A stretch of DNA of 36,532 nucleotides. It comes from an uncultured Rickettsiales bacterium. GTDB lineage: Bacteria > Pseudomonadota > Alphaproteobacteria > Rickettsiales > SXRF01. Positions 17,686-26,217 of this stretch are shown here, piece after piece. The DNA lies in NCBI GenBank assembly GCA_964620765.1, contig CAZUKF010000003.1, forward strand, positions 1 to 36,532, in the 5' to 3' direction. The notes under the pieces are model-generated. The model saw only the letters and a program-made list of their open reading frames with translations. It searched no databases and was not told the origin of the DNA. Numbering within the stretch: the first letter of the stretch is position 1; every line of letters begins with the position of its first letter. The position numbers and the translations under genes are program-made.

Positions 17686-18264
17686 TTACTTTCGCCTCGC
17701 GCGAACGCTATCAAGATAAGCACGGTAATCCGGGCTCGCGTTTTTGCAGTCGGCCTTGGCATACACTTCATCATAGCTGCCGCGCGCGGCGGTGAGGATG
17801 TTCTGCTGCATGCGCGCGCCGGCTCCCGCCGATGCAAGCTCCTCGAGCAGCAATGTGTTGAGCAGGAGATAGTCATCCTGCGTGGCGGAACCGCAACGTG
17901 AATGGAAATAGTAATTCACGAATAGGTTTTCATAGCGCGTCTTGATGGTGTTCAGCGTGGCCTGCGGAACGGCGCTGTCATCAAACACCTCGGCCAGCGC
18001 TTCATCAGGCGTGGGCGGGGCGCGGAGTATAACAGGCGGAGGTGCGGCCGCGACCACAGCTGCTGCAGCGGCCTTTGCTTCAGCGGTAACGGCAGCATCC
18101 TGCGCCACTTTCGCAGCATCCTGCGCGGCCTGCAGCTGAGCGCGCAGGCCCTGCTCGGTTACGGTCAGTTCCTTAACCTGGCTGTTGAGATGCATGACAG
18201 CGGCGCCGAGTATCAGCAACAGCAGCAATACCGCCGCGGCGGCCATTTTGGCATACTTATCCAT
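17686..18264 (-). CDS. Membrane-anchored hypothetical protein (TM, coiled coil, Cys-containing domain)
   Basis: N-terminal hydrophobic helix and Ala-rich coil; TGATG coupling to the upstream gene. Confidence 0.75.
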   Translation of the reverse strand: MDKYAKMAAAAVLLLLLILGAAVMHLNSQVKELTVTEQGLRAQLQAAQDAAKVAQDAAVTAEAKAAAAAVVAAAPPPVILRAPPTPDEALAEVFDDSAVPQATLNTIKTRYENLFVNYYFHSRCGSATQDDYLLLNTLLLEELASAGAGARMQQNILTAARGSYDEVYAKADCKNASPDYRAYLDSVRARRK

Positions 18265-18734
18265 CAGTGGGGCTGCTCGACTTTTGAGCAGTCGATATCG
18301 CCCTTTTCGCTGGGCGGGACGACGAGCTTCCAGAGCCGGTCAAAGGAGTAGCAGCGGTATTCTACCACCAGCTCTTTCTCGAAGCAGGCGGGGGCGGGGT
18401 CGAAGCCCACGGCGGCCGGGGTGTTGGTGACCTGGCAGGCGGGCTTGCCCTGGCAGCGCGGTGCAACAGTTTCACGGGCGTTATCCCAGTAAAGCTTTGA
18501 TTCTGAATCACTATCAAACTCAAATTTGCCCGCCGGGGCGTTGCGCGGGACCCGCGCGGTGGCGGACCGGGGGTTGCAGTTCATGCCATAGCTCGCCCGC
18601 ACAACCTGGATCAGGTTGCCGGTGGGCACGGCGGCCACCTGTTCGCTGCGGGTAATCATACGCATAGCCTGCCAGCCTAAAAAGACGGAAGCAATGATGA
18701 TTGAAACTATGATCAGGTGAGTACGTAAGGGCAT
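18264..18734 (-). CDS. Membrane-anchored SUEL-type (galactose/rhamnose-binding) lectin-like protein
   Basis: IQVVRASYG.NC ... V...CQGK.AC.V ... DPAPAC..K.L.V.Y.C matches the SUEL cysteine pattern. Confidence 0.7.
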   Translation of the reverse strand: MPLRTHLIIVSIIIASVFLGWQAMRMITRSEQVAAVPTGNLIQVVRASYGMNCNPRSATARVPRNAPAGKFEFDSDSESKLYWDNARETVAPRCQGKPACQVTNTPAAVGFDPAPACFEKELVVEYRCYSFDRLWKLVVPPSEKGDIDCSKVEQPH

Positions 18735-18916
18735 AGAGAAAACTACCACAAAACAGGCTAACAAAGTATTGATTTCACGGCAATACCCGAATGTGACAAC
18801 CGTGTGTCATACGTAACCTAAATGTCATAAAAATCAACTATGTCAGGGGGGTGGCTGTAAGTTACTATAGTATTGACTAGCAGTGGATTTTTTAACGTTA
18901 ACCGGAGACGTGCCGC

Positions 18917-21733
18917 TTGGCCTCCCACGACGACCACAAGGACCGGGACAAGGACCACGGGGGAAGTAAATCTTCTCACGGCTCGTCGTCGCATGGTTCC
19001 GGCAAAGACTCACACGGCTTTGGCAAAGAATCCCGTGAGTACAGCGGCAGCGCGTTCTCGCCCAACAAGAGCAGCGGCAAGGCCAGCCATTACGATTCTT
19101 CAAAGCTTGTCGGTGAGGACGCGAATTTCTTCGGCCTTGAAGTAACGCAAGGAACCGCGAGCCAGTTTAACCTCTTCTACCAGACGGCTCTACCGTTCTT
19201 CCGCCGCTATCTGCAGGATAAGGGAACGTATGCGGCGCGCGAATTCGGCCAGAAATACCTTGGCCATGTCGCCAACAGCGCGCATAACATCAAATTCGGC
19301 AATGAAGCCGCAAATGTCATCGGCGTCGCTACCATCTTTAGCAAGCAGCTGTGGGAAATCGGTGATACGATTTACGATACCACCAAGCAGCTGAATACGC
19401 TGAACCAGGCTTCAGGCTCGCTGCAGAGAGCGGGGGCTTCCGGCAATGGCGGCTTGTTCGCCGCCGACGCGGATGAAGGCCTTGCCAATGCGCGTGCCAA
19501 GGTTAACCGCGTATTCGCGCACCGCATGCTGATGACCATGGCAGGCGCGGTTTCCGCCGTTCCCCAGTTCTGGATCTGGAGCAACGAAAACAAGGCCAAG
19601 CACGCCGCGCAGAAGAAGCTGGAAGAATACGCTGATATCAAGAACAAAACTCCGGAGGAACAGGCCAAGTGGTTCCAGGAGCAGATGCAGATAAAGATGC
19701 CGATGGGGCTTTCAGGCGGCAAGGCCAAGCAGGCGTTCATCGAGGCAGAAGAAAAAGAGTACCTCGCTAAGTTTAAAAAGTTCAAATCAGAGAATGAAGC
19801 GCGCATCAGCAGCGAGTTGCGCAAGGAATTACTAGACAAGAAAGGCACTGAGCGGAGCGAGTGGGATGTTGATAAGCGCGGCCGTTATGACATTCCGCAG
19901 CTGAAAAATAATAAGAAAGTTTCGGAGCTTTCTCTCAAGGATAGGCGCAGATACGAACAGGATGTAAAAAAAGCAGTTGATAAGGCGGTCGAGGAGACGA
20001 TCCGCGGCGAGTTTGTACGCAAGGAAGGTTATTTTGACGAAGGCTGGCGGAAATACCTCACGTCGGGTATGTCTACCAGCGACAAGTACGCCTACAACAA
20101 GAACAGCGGTGAGAAGTCCATCCGCTCGCGGCTTGAAGAGCAGTACGACACGATTGTCAAAGACTTCAACAAGCTGACCGATGAAGACCGCGGCGCGCAC
20201 GCCGCGGGTAAGGACGGCCACCCTAAGAAAGACGGCGAAACCAGCAAGGTGATGGACCTGTTCGCCGGCGCCATCGGCGGTGTGATGGGTGACGTCGCCA
20301 TGAATCTTTTCGGCGGCAAGAAGCTTGACCAGTTCAAACAAAAGCAGGCGCTGGACCGCGTGCTGCACCTGCAGCGCGTGTTGGAGAAGGCGGAAGGCAA
20401 CACACCGGATCTTGTTCCCGGCATCAAGCTGGATAAAGAATCTGAGCGTGATTGCTCTTACGCCCAGTATGTACACAAGATCTTCCAGCAGCACCAGCAG
20501 GACAGCATTGCGCTGGGCAAGAAGGATTTCGCGGAGATTGGCGAGCGTTATTTTGAGAAGCTGGAAAAAGCCAAGTGGAATGACGAGGCCATCCAGAAGC
20601 TGAACGATGATGAGCTGAATCCTTATGAATTCGCCATCAAGCACATGGCCAAGGATTTAAAGCTCGGCCTGGCGAACGGCAATACGGTCGGTGCGGCGGT
20701 TTTCAACAGCAAGCGCAAGTTCGTCCGCAACAGCGGCAAGGAATTCGGCCCGGAAGATATAGCGCATAAGGATGAGGCAACCGTCAAGGCGGGGATACTC
20801 GCCGAGTGGGGACGCCTTGTGCAGCATAGCGCCTCTTCGGTGGCGATGGATGAAAGGGCCGTGGGTGAAGCCCTCGGGCGGTTCTCCTTCAGCACCACGG
20901 AACTGAAACAGGCTTTCTCGTCCAACGGGCTCCAGGGCGATGAGCGCGTATTCTTCTTCGCGCTGGTCAACGCGCATATGCCGGACCCCAAGGTGCTTTG
21001 CCGCGTGACCGGCCTGACCGACAGCGAATGCGAACATCTGCGCAAGGACATGCAGGGCCGTTTCGAAAAATTCATGGATGCGGGCGTTGCCGAAATTGCA
21101 GAAATGCTGAAACAGGACCCGAAGGCGCTGGACAAGCTGCAAATCACGGAAGACGAAAAGAAGCTGCTGACCAACCTTGCCGCGCAGTCTGCGCGCGAGG
21201 GCAGGGATGTAACCGATATCATCAAAAACAAGAAAGAGATGCAGGCCGCCGAGACCGTGGTGGCCAATGTTACGATGGATGCGGACGGCCCGGGCAAGCC
21301 GGGTGGCTTCTGGCAGAAGCTGGTGGAGCGGAGCGCCAGGCCGAAGGTAATACCGCCCACGCCGCCCGCCGCTGCTACGGCGCATGCCGATGACAAGCAC
21401 CCGCACGATCATCATGATGAGACACCGAAAAAGAGCTTTGCCGAGAGGTTGCCGGAGCGCAGCAGCCGTGCAAGCCGCCACGAGGATTCAGGGGATTTTG
21501 ACCACCCGCGTGATCAGCACCGGGCGGATCACGGCAACCGCCATAACGACCACGGCAAGGACCGTGACCACGGACGAGACCACGACAGCTGGATCGACGC
21601 GCATAAGCCTTCTTCCTCTTCCTCGCATGCCAGCCGTTTCCGCGATGACGGGGACGAGGAGGGGCATTCCATGCTGGGCAAAGTGCGCCGCGGCAGCCAT
21701 GAGAACGATGGCGCCCCCACCCGCAGGGCATAG
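18917..21733 (+). CDS. Large hypothetical protein with His/Asp-rich disordered termini
   Basis: 938-aa ORF, TTG start after GGAG; charged helical core. Confidence 0.85.
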   Translation: MASHDDHKDRDKDHGGSKSSHGSSSHGSGKDSHGFGKESREYSGSAFSPNKSSGKASHYDSSKLVGEDANFFGLEVTQGTASQFNLFYQTALPFFRRYLQDKGTYAAREFGQKYLGHVANSAHNIKFGNEAANVIGVATIFSKQLWEIGDTIYDTTKQLNTLNQASGSLQRAGASGNGGLFAADADEGLANARAKVNRVFAHRMLMTMAGAVSAVPQFWIWSNENKAKHAAQKKLEEYADIKNKTPEEQAKWFQEQMQIKMPMGLSGGKAKQAFIEAEEKEYLAKFKKFKSENEARISSELRKELLDKKGTERSEWDVDKRGRYDIPQLKNNKKVSELSLKDRRRYEQDVKKAVDKAVEETIRGEFVRKEGYFDEGWRKYLTSGMSTSDKYAYNKNSGEKSIRSRLEEQYDTIVKDFNKLTDEDRGAHAAGKDGHPKKDGETSKVMDLFAGAIGGVMGDVAMNLFGGKKLDQFKQKQALDRVLHLQRVLEKAEGNTPDLVPGIKLDKESERDCSYAQYVHKIFQQHQQDSIALGKKDFAEIGERYFEKLEKAKWNDEAIQKLNDDELNPYEFAIKHMAKDLKLGLANGNTVGAAVFNSKRKFVRNSGKEFGPEDIAHKDEATVKAGILAEWGRLVQHSASSVAMDERAVGEALGRFSFSTTELKQAFSSNGLQGDERVFFFALVNAHMPDPKVLCRVTGLTDSECEHLRKDMQGRFEKFMDAGVAEIAEMLKQDPKALDKLQITEDEKKLLTNLAAQSAREGRDVTDIIKNKKEMQAAETVVANVTMDADGPGKPGGFWQKLVERSARPKVIPPTPPAAATAHADDKHPHDHHDETPKKSFAERLPERSSRASRHEDSGDFDHPRDQHRADHGNRHNDHGKDRDHGRDHDSWIDAHKPSSSSSHASRFRDDGDEEGHSMLGKVRRGSHENDGAPTRRA

Positions 21734-21903
21734 AGGCCTAAACCCCGGAAAGCGCTGGAAATGTGTGCCCTGTACCGCTGTCACAGACGAGCGAGAGAAG
21801 GCTGGGGAACTCATTGGATTGTCACAAAATATTAACATAAGACCCCTAGTTCCCGCGTTATACTGATAAAGTAGTATAAGTATAACCAGGCCTGAAACCG
21901 GGT

Positions 21904-23592
21904 ATGAAAGAGATTATAAACAAGCTGGTCGTTCAGAATTCTGACGATGTCGCCAAACTGGTGACGAACCAGCTTGTCATGCCCAATATGCCCGGGGCCA
22001 AGGACGCCAAGCACGCGCACGGCCGGGTGCATAAGACCCTGACGCAGGGTGGGCGCAGTGCGGCTTATGCTGAAGAGAAAAACGTACAGAACGGCCAGAA
22101 GCAGGTGCAGGACCTGCCGCCGCCTGAGGTCATGTTCTCGGCCGACTGGTTTGATAAGTGGCTTGGCCGCGCGAATATCGGCGTGATGGGTGCGCAATTC
22201 GGCCTGCCGATAGTAGCGGGCGGCATGGGTGCCATCGGCGCGCATGGCATTTCCAGCAATCTCAAGAAAGTCGAAGCCACCACCTTCAGCGAACTCGGCC
22301 AGATGACCGGCATGAGCGGCGTTGCACGCGGTGTTTCCGAAGCCAGCATGTCGGTGGCGGGTGCGGGCGCGAGCGTGCTCGAAAAGCTCGGCATAACCGG
22401 CCTGATGTCCCGCTACTACAGTGGCCAGTTCGACAAGCACATCGGCAGGATGGCCGACGCGGCGCAGGATGTGTTTTCGCACAGAGTAGCGGACGCAAAG
22501 CTGGGTGCATCGCTGGATGCGGTGCGCGGGCACCTTGCCGTCGCGCATCCGACGCATATCAACTACGATGGTCTGACCGAAGCGATAACGGCGGCAAAAA
22601 CACAGGCAAACGAAGTGGGGCATTCAGTGCTTGCCAAGTCGTTAGGTGGCTTGGAGAAGTCTGCGCTCAAGGCGCACAATGCCCATTACTTTGCCGACGG
22701 CACGGCCAACCTCGCGCACTACGCAAGCAACGCCACCGGCAAGATGGCCAAGGCGCCGGTAGTGCACGGGCTGATGAATGCTACCTTCATCGCGGGCGCC
22801 GCCATTGATGATTACCGCACCGGCTCTGACCTGCATACCGCGCTGAAAGACCTGAAGGCCATGCATTGCGCCATCACGGGTGAGAAGCCCGATGACGTTT
22901 CCACCTGGGGCCTGATGCTGGGCAAGGTGTCTGAACCGGTGGCCGCGGCGCGCAGCGAGATACTCAAGGAATTCGGACCGGCAAGCGTACTGAGCGCCGC
23001 CAACACCATGCTTAACCTGAAATTCGCCACCAACAGCAAGTATGGCAGCATGGGTAAGAGCATTGCCCTGCTGGTGGCCGTGCCGATGGCTAATGCCATC
23101 CTGGTGCGTGGCATGCTGGGTGGCAGGATGCTGCCGGCCTACAAGGAGCTCAAGCAGGCCGAGCATGACGGGCAGGAGCTCTCAAACGAGCAGTATGCCA
23201 AGCTGATCGGCAATGCTTCTAAGGAGCTGCATGCACGCGGTGGCCCGGATGGTAACTTTGCTAAGGCGCTGGGCGTATTCTATGCCCACCACCATGCCAG
23301 GGTGGATACCGTGCTGAAAGAGGTGTCCAACGGCACCCTGCACAAGCGTATTGAGCAGCTGCAGCACGAATTTGAGGTTTTCAAGCGCGAACACCCCGAA
23401 ATCGTGGCGGCGCACCAGCAGCAGGCGCAGGCCGCGCAGGTCCCGCATCATGAGGAAAAACAGGGCGTTTCTCACGTAGATCGCCTGAAAAACGGTGGCC
23501 ATGCCCCGCGCCGCGAAGTGGTGGGCACCCATACCGAAAAGCTGGCCAATAGGGCAGGCAGCCCCGCCGAGGGCCAGCAGCCGACGCTGTAA
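21904..23592 (+). CDS. Hypothetical Ala/Gly-rich protein with hydrophobic segments
   Basis: 562-aa ORF; C-terminal SHVDRL and THTEKL. Confidence 0.85.
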   Translation: MKEIINKLVVQNSDDVAKLVTNQLVMPNMPGAKDAKHAHGRVHKTLTQGGRSAAYAEEKNVQNGQKQVQDLPPPEVMFSADWFDKWLGRANIGVMGAQFGLPIVAGGMGAIGAHGISSNLKKVEATTFSELGQMTGMSGVARGVSEASMSVAGAGASVLEKLGITGLMSRYYSGQFDKHIGRMADAAQDVFSHRVADAKLGASLDAVRGHLAVAHPTHINYDGLTEAITAAKTQANEVGHSVLAKSLGGLEKSALKAHNAHYFADGTANLAHYASNATGKMAKAPVVHGLMNATFIAGAAIDDYRTGSDLHTALKDLKAMHCAITGEKPDDVSTWGLMLGKVSEPVAAARSEILKEFGPASVLSAANTMLNLKFATNSKYGSMGKSIALLVAVPMANAILVRGMLGGRMLPAYKELKQAEHDGQELSNEQYAKLIGNASKELHARGGPDGNFAKALGVFYAHHHARVDTVLKEVSNGTLHKRIEQLQHEFEVFKREHPEIVAAHQQQAQAAQVPHHEEKQGVSHVDRLKNGGHAPRREVVGTHTEKLANRAGSPAEGQQPTL

Positions 23593-23678
23593 TACGGCTG
23601 TAATATACGGTGTAATCGAAGGTTCCCAAGCTTTCCCAGGCTTTCCTGCTAATATTATAGCAAGGAGAAAGCCTTTTT

Positions 23679-24872
23679 ATGGCAACACGGTTTTTTAACG
23701 GCAAAATGGGGCGCGGCGCCTTGAATCAGCTGGAGGGTAATGACCCGCTGGATGATGCCGATGGCGACGGCGGGAACCTGTTATTGCAGGATGCGGACAG
23801 CGATGACCGCGTTGCCGTGGAAACCGGTATTGCACCGGTAGACGACATTCAGAATGCAACGGGCGTAACCTCTACCACCAAGGCAGCCTCGCTGCTGGTT
23901 GGGTTCATACCCGGTTATGGTAGCGTGGCTTCTGTTCTTTGCGACGGCGAGGGGGCATGCGAGGACTCGCTGGTGCCCTTCGAGAAAATGCTGGTGTACT
24001 CTAATATTACGGAGCCTTTCCGGCAGGCCTACGGCCGCATGCCCACGGCCGAAGATCTGCGTGACCTGCTGATGGCCAATAATTCAACGCTGGAAGAGAA
24101 CGCCGAGCAGAACGGTAATTTTGAAGATGGTATCTTTGAGAGCGCTGCGAGTCTGGCCGGCGGAAGTGCGTTGGCTTACCTGGTGCCCGGCGGTGGTTTA
24201 CTCCTGGGCGGCGCTAAGGTGGTTGCGGGCGGTATGGCGGGCGCCAAGTTAGCGCGCATGGGGCGCGGCGCCGATAACCATACCAACGTTCCCGCACTGG
24301 TACTGACGGCAGCGCATTATGAGAAAAACGGTGGCAGAAAAACTTCCACCTACCACGCCCTGATGCTGGCGCTGACGCGCCTTACCGAGGAAGAGCAGGC
24401 AGTCATTGAAGATATGCTGAGCAAGGCTGCAGGCAAGGATATGACTTTGGAAGGTGCGCTCGTAAAATATATCAAGGGTGAAGACGCCATCATGCATGGA
24501 GGCAAACCCAGCAAGGATTATGAAATAATCAATGCCGTGATGAACAGCAACGGCACAAAGCTGATTGCAGGCGAGGCAATGGATGTGGACATGGAACTCC
24601 GCTGCGCGACCGGTGTGACAGCAGGCCGCGAGCAGGGGCATAGACAAACGCTTTGCGGGCTCTATGCGCAAGACCAGGGAATGGGTATCGCGGATGTGGC
24701 CATGGGCGACGAGATGAAACTGAATAAGCGCCTTAAAAACGCTGCCGCACAATTACGCCAGAATGGCGTAGCGTATAGCGGAAACGGTCAGCAGAACCAG
24801 TTCCAGCAGCTGACACCGCAGGCGATACACCGCCTGCCGCCGGCCAACAACCACACCATGCATCACGCATAA
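23679..24872 (+). CDS. Hypothetical protein with a glycine-zipper-like hydrophobic segment
   Basis: 397 aa; AAGGAG upstream; SLAGGSALAYLVPGGGLLLGGAKVVAGGMAG. Confidence 0.8.
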   Translation: MATRFFNGKMGRGALNQLEGNDPLDDADGDGGNLLLQDADSDDRVAVETGIAPVDDIQNATGVTSTTKAASLLVGFIPGYGSVASVLCDGEGACEDSLVPFEKMLVYSNITEPFRQAYGRMPTAEDLRDLLMANNSTLEENAEQNGNFEDGIFESAASLAGGSALAYLVPGGGLLLGGAKVVAGGMAGAKLARMGRGADNHTNVPALVLTAAHYEKNGGRKTSTYHALMLALTRLTEEEQAVIEDMLSKAAGKDMTLEGALVKYIKGEDAIMHGGKPSKDYEIINAVMNSNGTKLIAGEAMDVDMELRCATGVTAGREQGHRQTLCGLYAQDQGMGIADVAMGDEMKLNKRLKNAAAQLRQNGVAYSGNGQQNQFQQLTPQAIHRLPPANNHTMHHA

Positions 24873-24893
24873 GAATACCGTTTAGTTGCGGTC

Positions 24894-24925
24894 ACAAGGC
24901 CCGGTTTTCCGGGCCTTGTTTTTTT
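24894..24925 (+). terminator. Intrinsic terminator
   Basis: 11-bp stem acaaggcccgg-tttt-ccgggccttgt followed by a T-run. Confidence 0.88.
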
Positions 24926-24936
24926 AAGGGGTATTT

Positions 24937-25536
24937 ATGGCATTTATTGAAACAAGATTTCCGATAGACATCGCTTACGGCTCATCCGGCGGGCCGGAGT
25001 ATTTTACCGACGTGGTGGAAACCCACGGGGGGTATGAGCAGCGCAATGCGAACTGGGCGCAATCACGCGGGCGGTGGAACGTGGCGCATGGCGTGAAAAC
25101 ACAGGCACAGCTGGATGCGCTGATTGCTTTTTTCCGTGCGCGCAAGGGCAGGGCGGATGGGTTTCGTTTCAAGGACTGGACTGATTACAGCGGCACCGCA
25201 CAGGCACTTGGCACCGGCAACGGGGTGCTGACGCAGTTCCAGCTGGTGAAGAAATATACCAGCGGCAGCGTGACGGAAACGCGCAGCATCAGCAAGCCGG
25301 TGAGCGGCACGGTGAAGGTGTACCTGAACGGCGTGGAGCAGATGAGTGGCTGGAGCGTGAATACCGGCACCGGTATGGTGACATTCAGCGCGGCGCCGGG
25401 CGGCGGCGTGGCGGTGACGGCGGATTTTGAGTTTGATGTGCCGGCGCGTTTTGATACGGACCGTTTAAGCGCAACGCTGGATGCCTATGGCGCTACCAGC
25501 TGGCGGGATATACTGATCGTGGAGATCAGGGTTTAG
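24937..25536 (+). CDS. DUF2460/TIGR02217 distal tail protein (GTA g12)
   Basis: F.E.RFP.DI.YGS.GGPE..T; G.EQRN.NW; FFRAR.G...GFRFKDW.D; FQL.K.Y; FEFDVP.RFDTD.L. Confidence 0.97.
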   Translation: MAFIETRFPIDIAYGSSGGPEYFTDVVETHGGYEQRNANWAQSRGRWNVAHGVKTQAQLDALIAFFRARKGRADGFRFKDWTDYSGTAQALGTGNGVLTQFQLVKKYTSGSVTETRSISKPVSGTVKVYLNGVEQMSGWSVNTGTGMVTFSAAPGGGVAVTADFEFDVPARFDTDRLSATLDAYGATSWRDILIVEIRV

Positions 25537-26108
25537 AATTCCAGCCTGTTATTTTGATCGCGCTCGAAGGATTTGATATCCGCTCCTTCGTCGGGTCTAT
25601 CCTGACCATGCGATGGTTTGTAGCCAGGTGGTATATGCCGCATGACTTTTTTACCTTGTAACATCCCGTCCATGACTTCTTCCAGCTTTTCCCGTTTGTC
25701 CTGCCAATCCATGGAAGCGGGAAGATCACCTAAACGCTCCCGGGTAATCTGAATAAGATCGGCAACTGTATTGTGCAGACTAGTACAGTCTGTAAGGGAT
25801 TCTTTTTCACCATTTACAAGAAAAACTACTCTCCCATTATTTGCAGGTTGCCTCTGGATCATCTCTTCTCCTCGGGGCGCACTGAAGCCGTTTGTTTTGA
25901 GCCCGACGTGCAACAGGGATTCCATCCGGTCGGCGATACCGGAAATATCAGGCGCTGAACAGGCTTCATCGGATGGTTGCAAACGTATGAGGCGGGGGAA
26001 GCCCGCGGGTTTCAAGGTAAGCTGAATATGTTTATGCGAGTCGATCCGGTTGCTGGTTGCAACCGTGATTTCAACGGGGCCGAGGGGAAAGCCTTCAGAG
26101 GTGCTCAT
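25533..26108 (-). CDS. Hypothetical protein (ORFan)
   Basis: 191 aa, lower GC; 4-bp convergent overlap with g12. Confidence 0.72.
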   Translation of the reverse strand: MSTSEGFPLGPVEITVATSNRIDSHKHIQLTLKPAGFPRLIRLQPSDEACSAPDISGIADRMESLLHVGLKTNGFSAPRGEEMIQRQPANNGRVVFLVNGEKESLTDCTSLHNTVADLIQITRERLGDLPASMDWQDKREKLEEVMDGMLQGKKVMRHIPPGYKPSHGQDRPDEGADIKSFERDQNNRLEF

Positions 26109-26150
26109 TAAATCAGTTTTCTTTTTTTTGTACGGTTTGGCAGTAGCGCC

Positions 26151-26184
26151 AGCCTAGCAGCCGAATGTTACGCGCGTATGACAA
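26151..26184 (-). promoter_or_regulatory. Pho-box-like promoter
   Basis: TTGTCAT-ACGC-GCGTAAC, a 10-nt spacer, then -10 TAGGCT. Confidence 0.55.
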
Positions 26185-26217
26185 TATATAATAAAAACAT
26201 TAACTAACGGTAACCCC

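Noticed and set aside
23679-24872. Annotating this ORF as the tape-measure protein
   Set aside because: The position fits, but no TMP motif is recognisable and a terminator separates it from g12. Kept only as a hypothesis.
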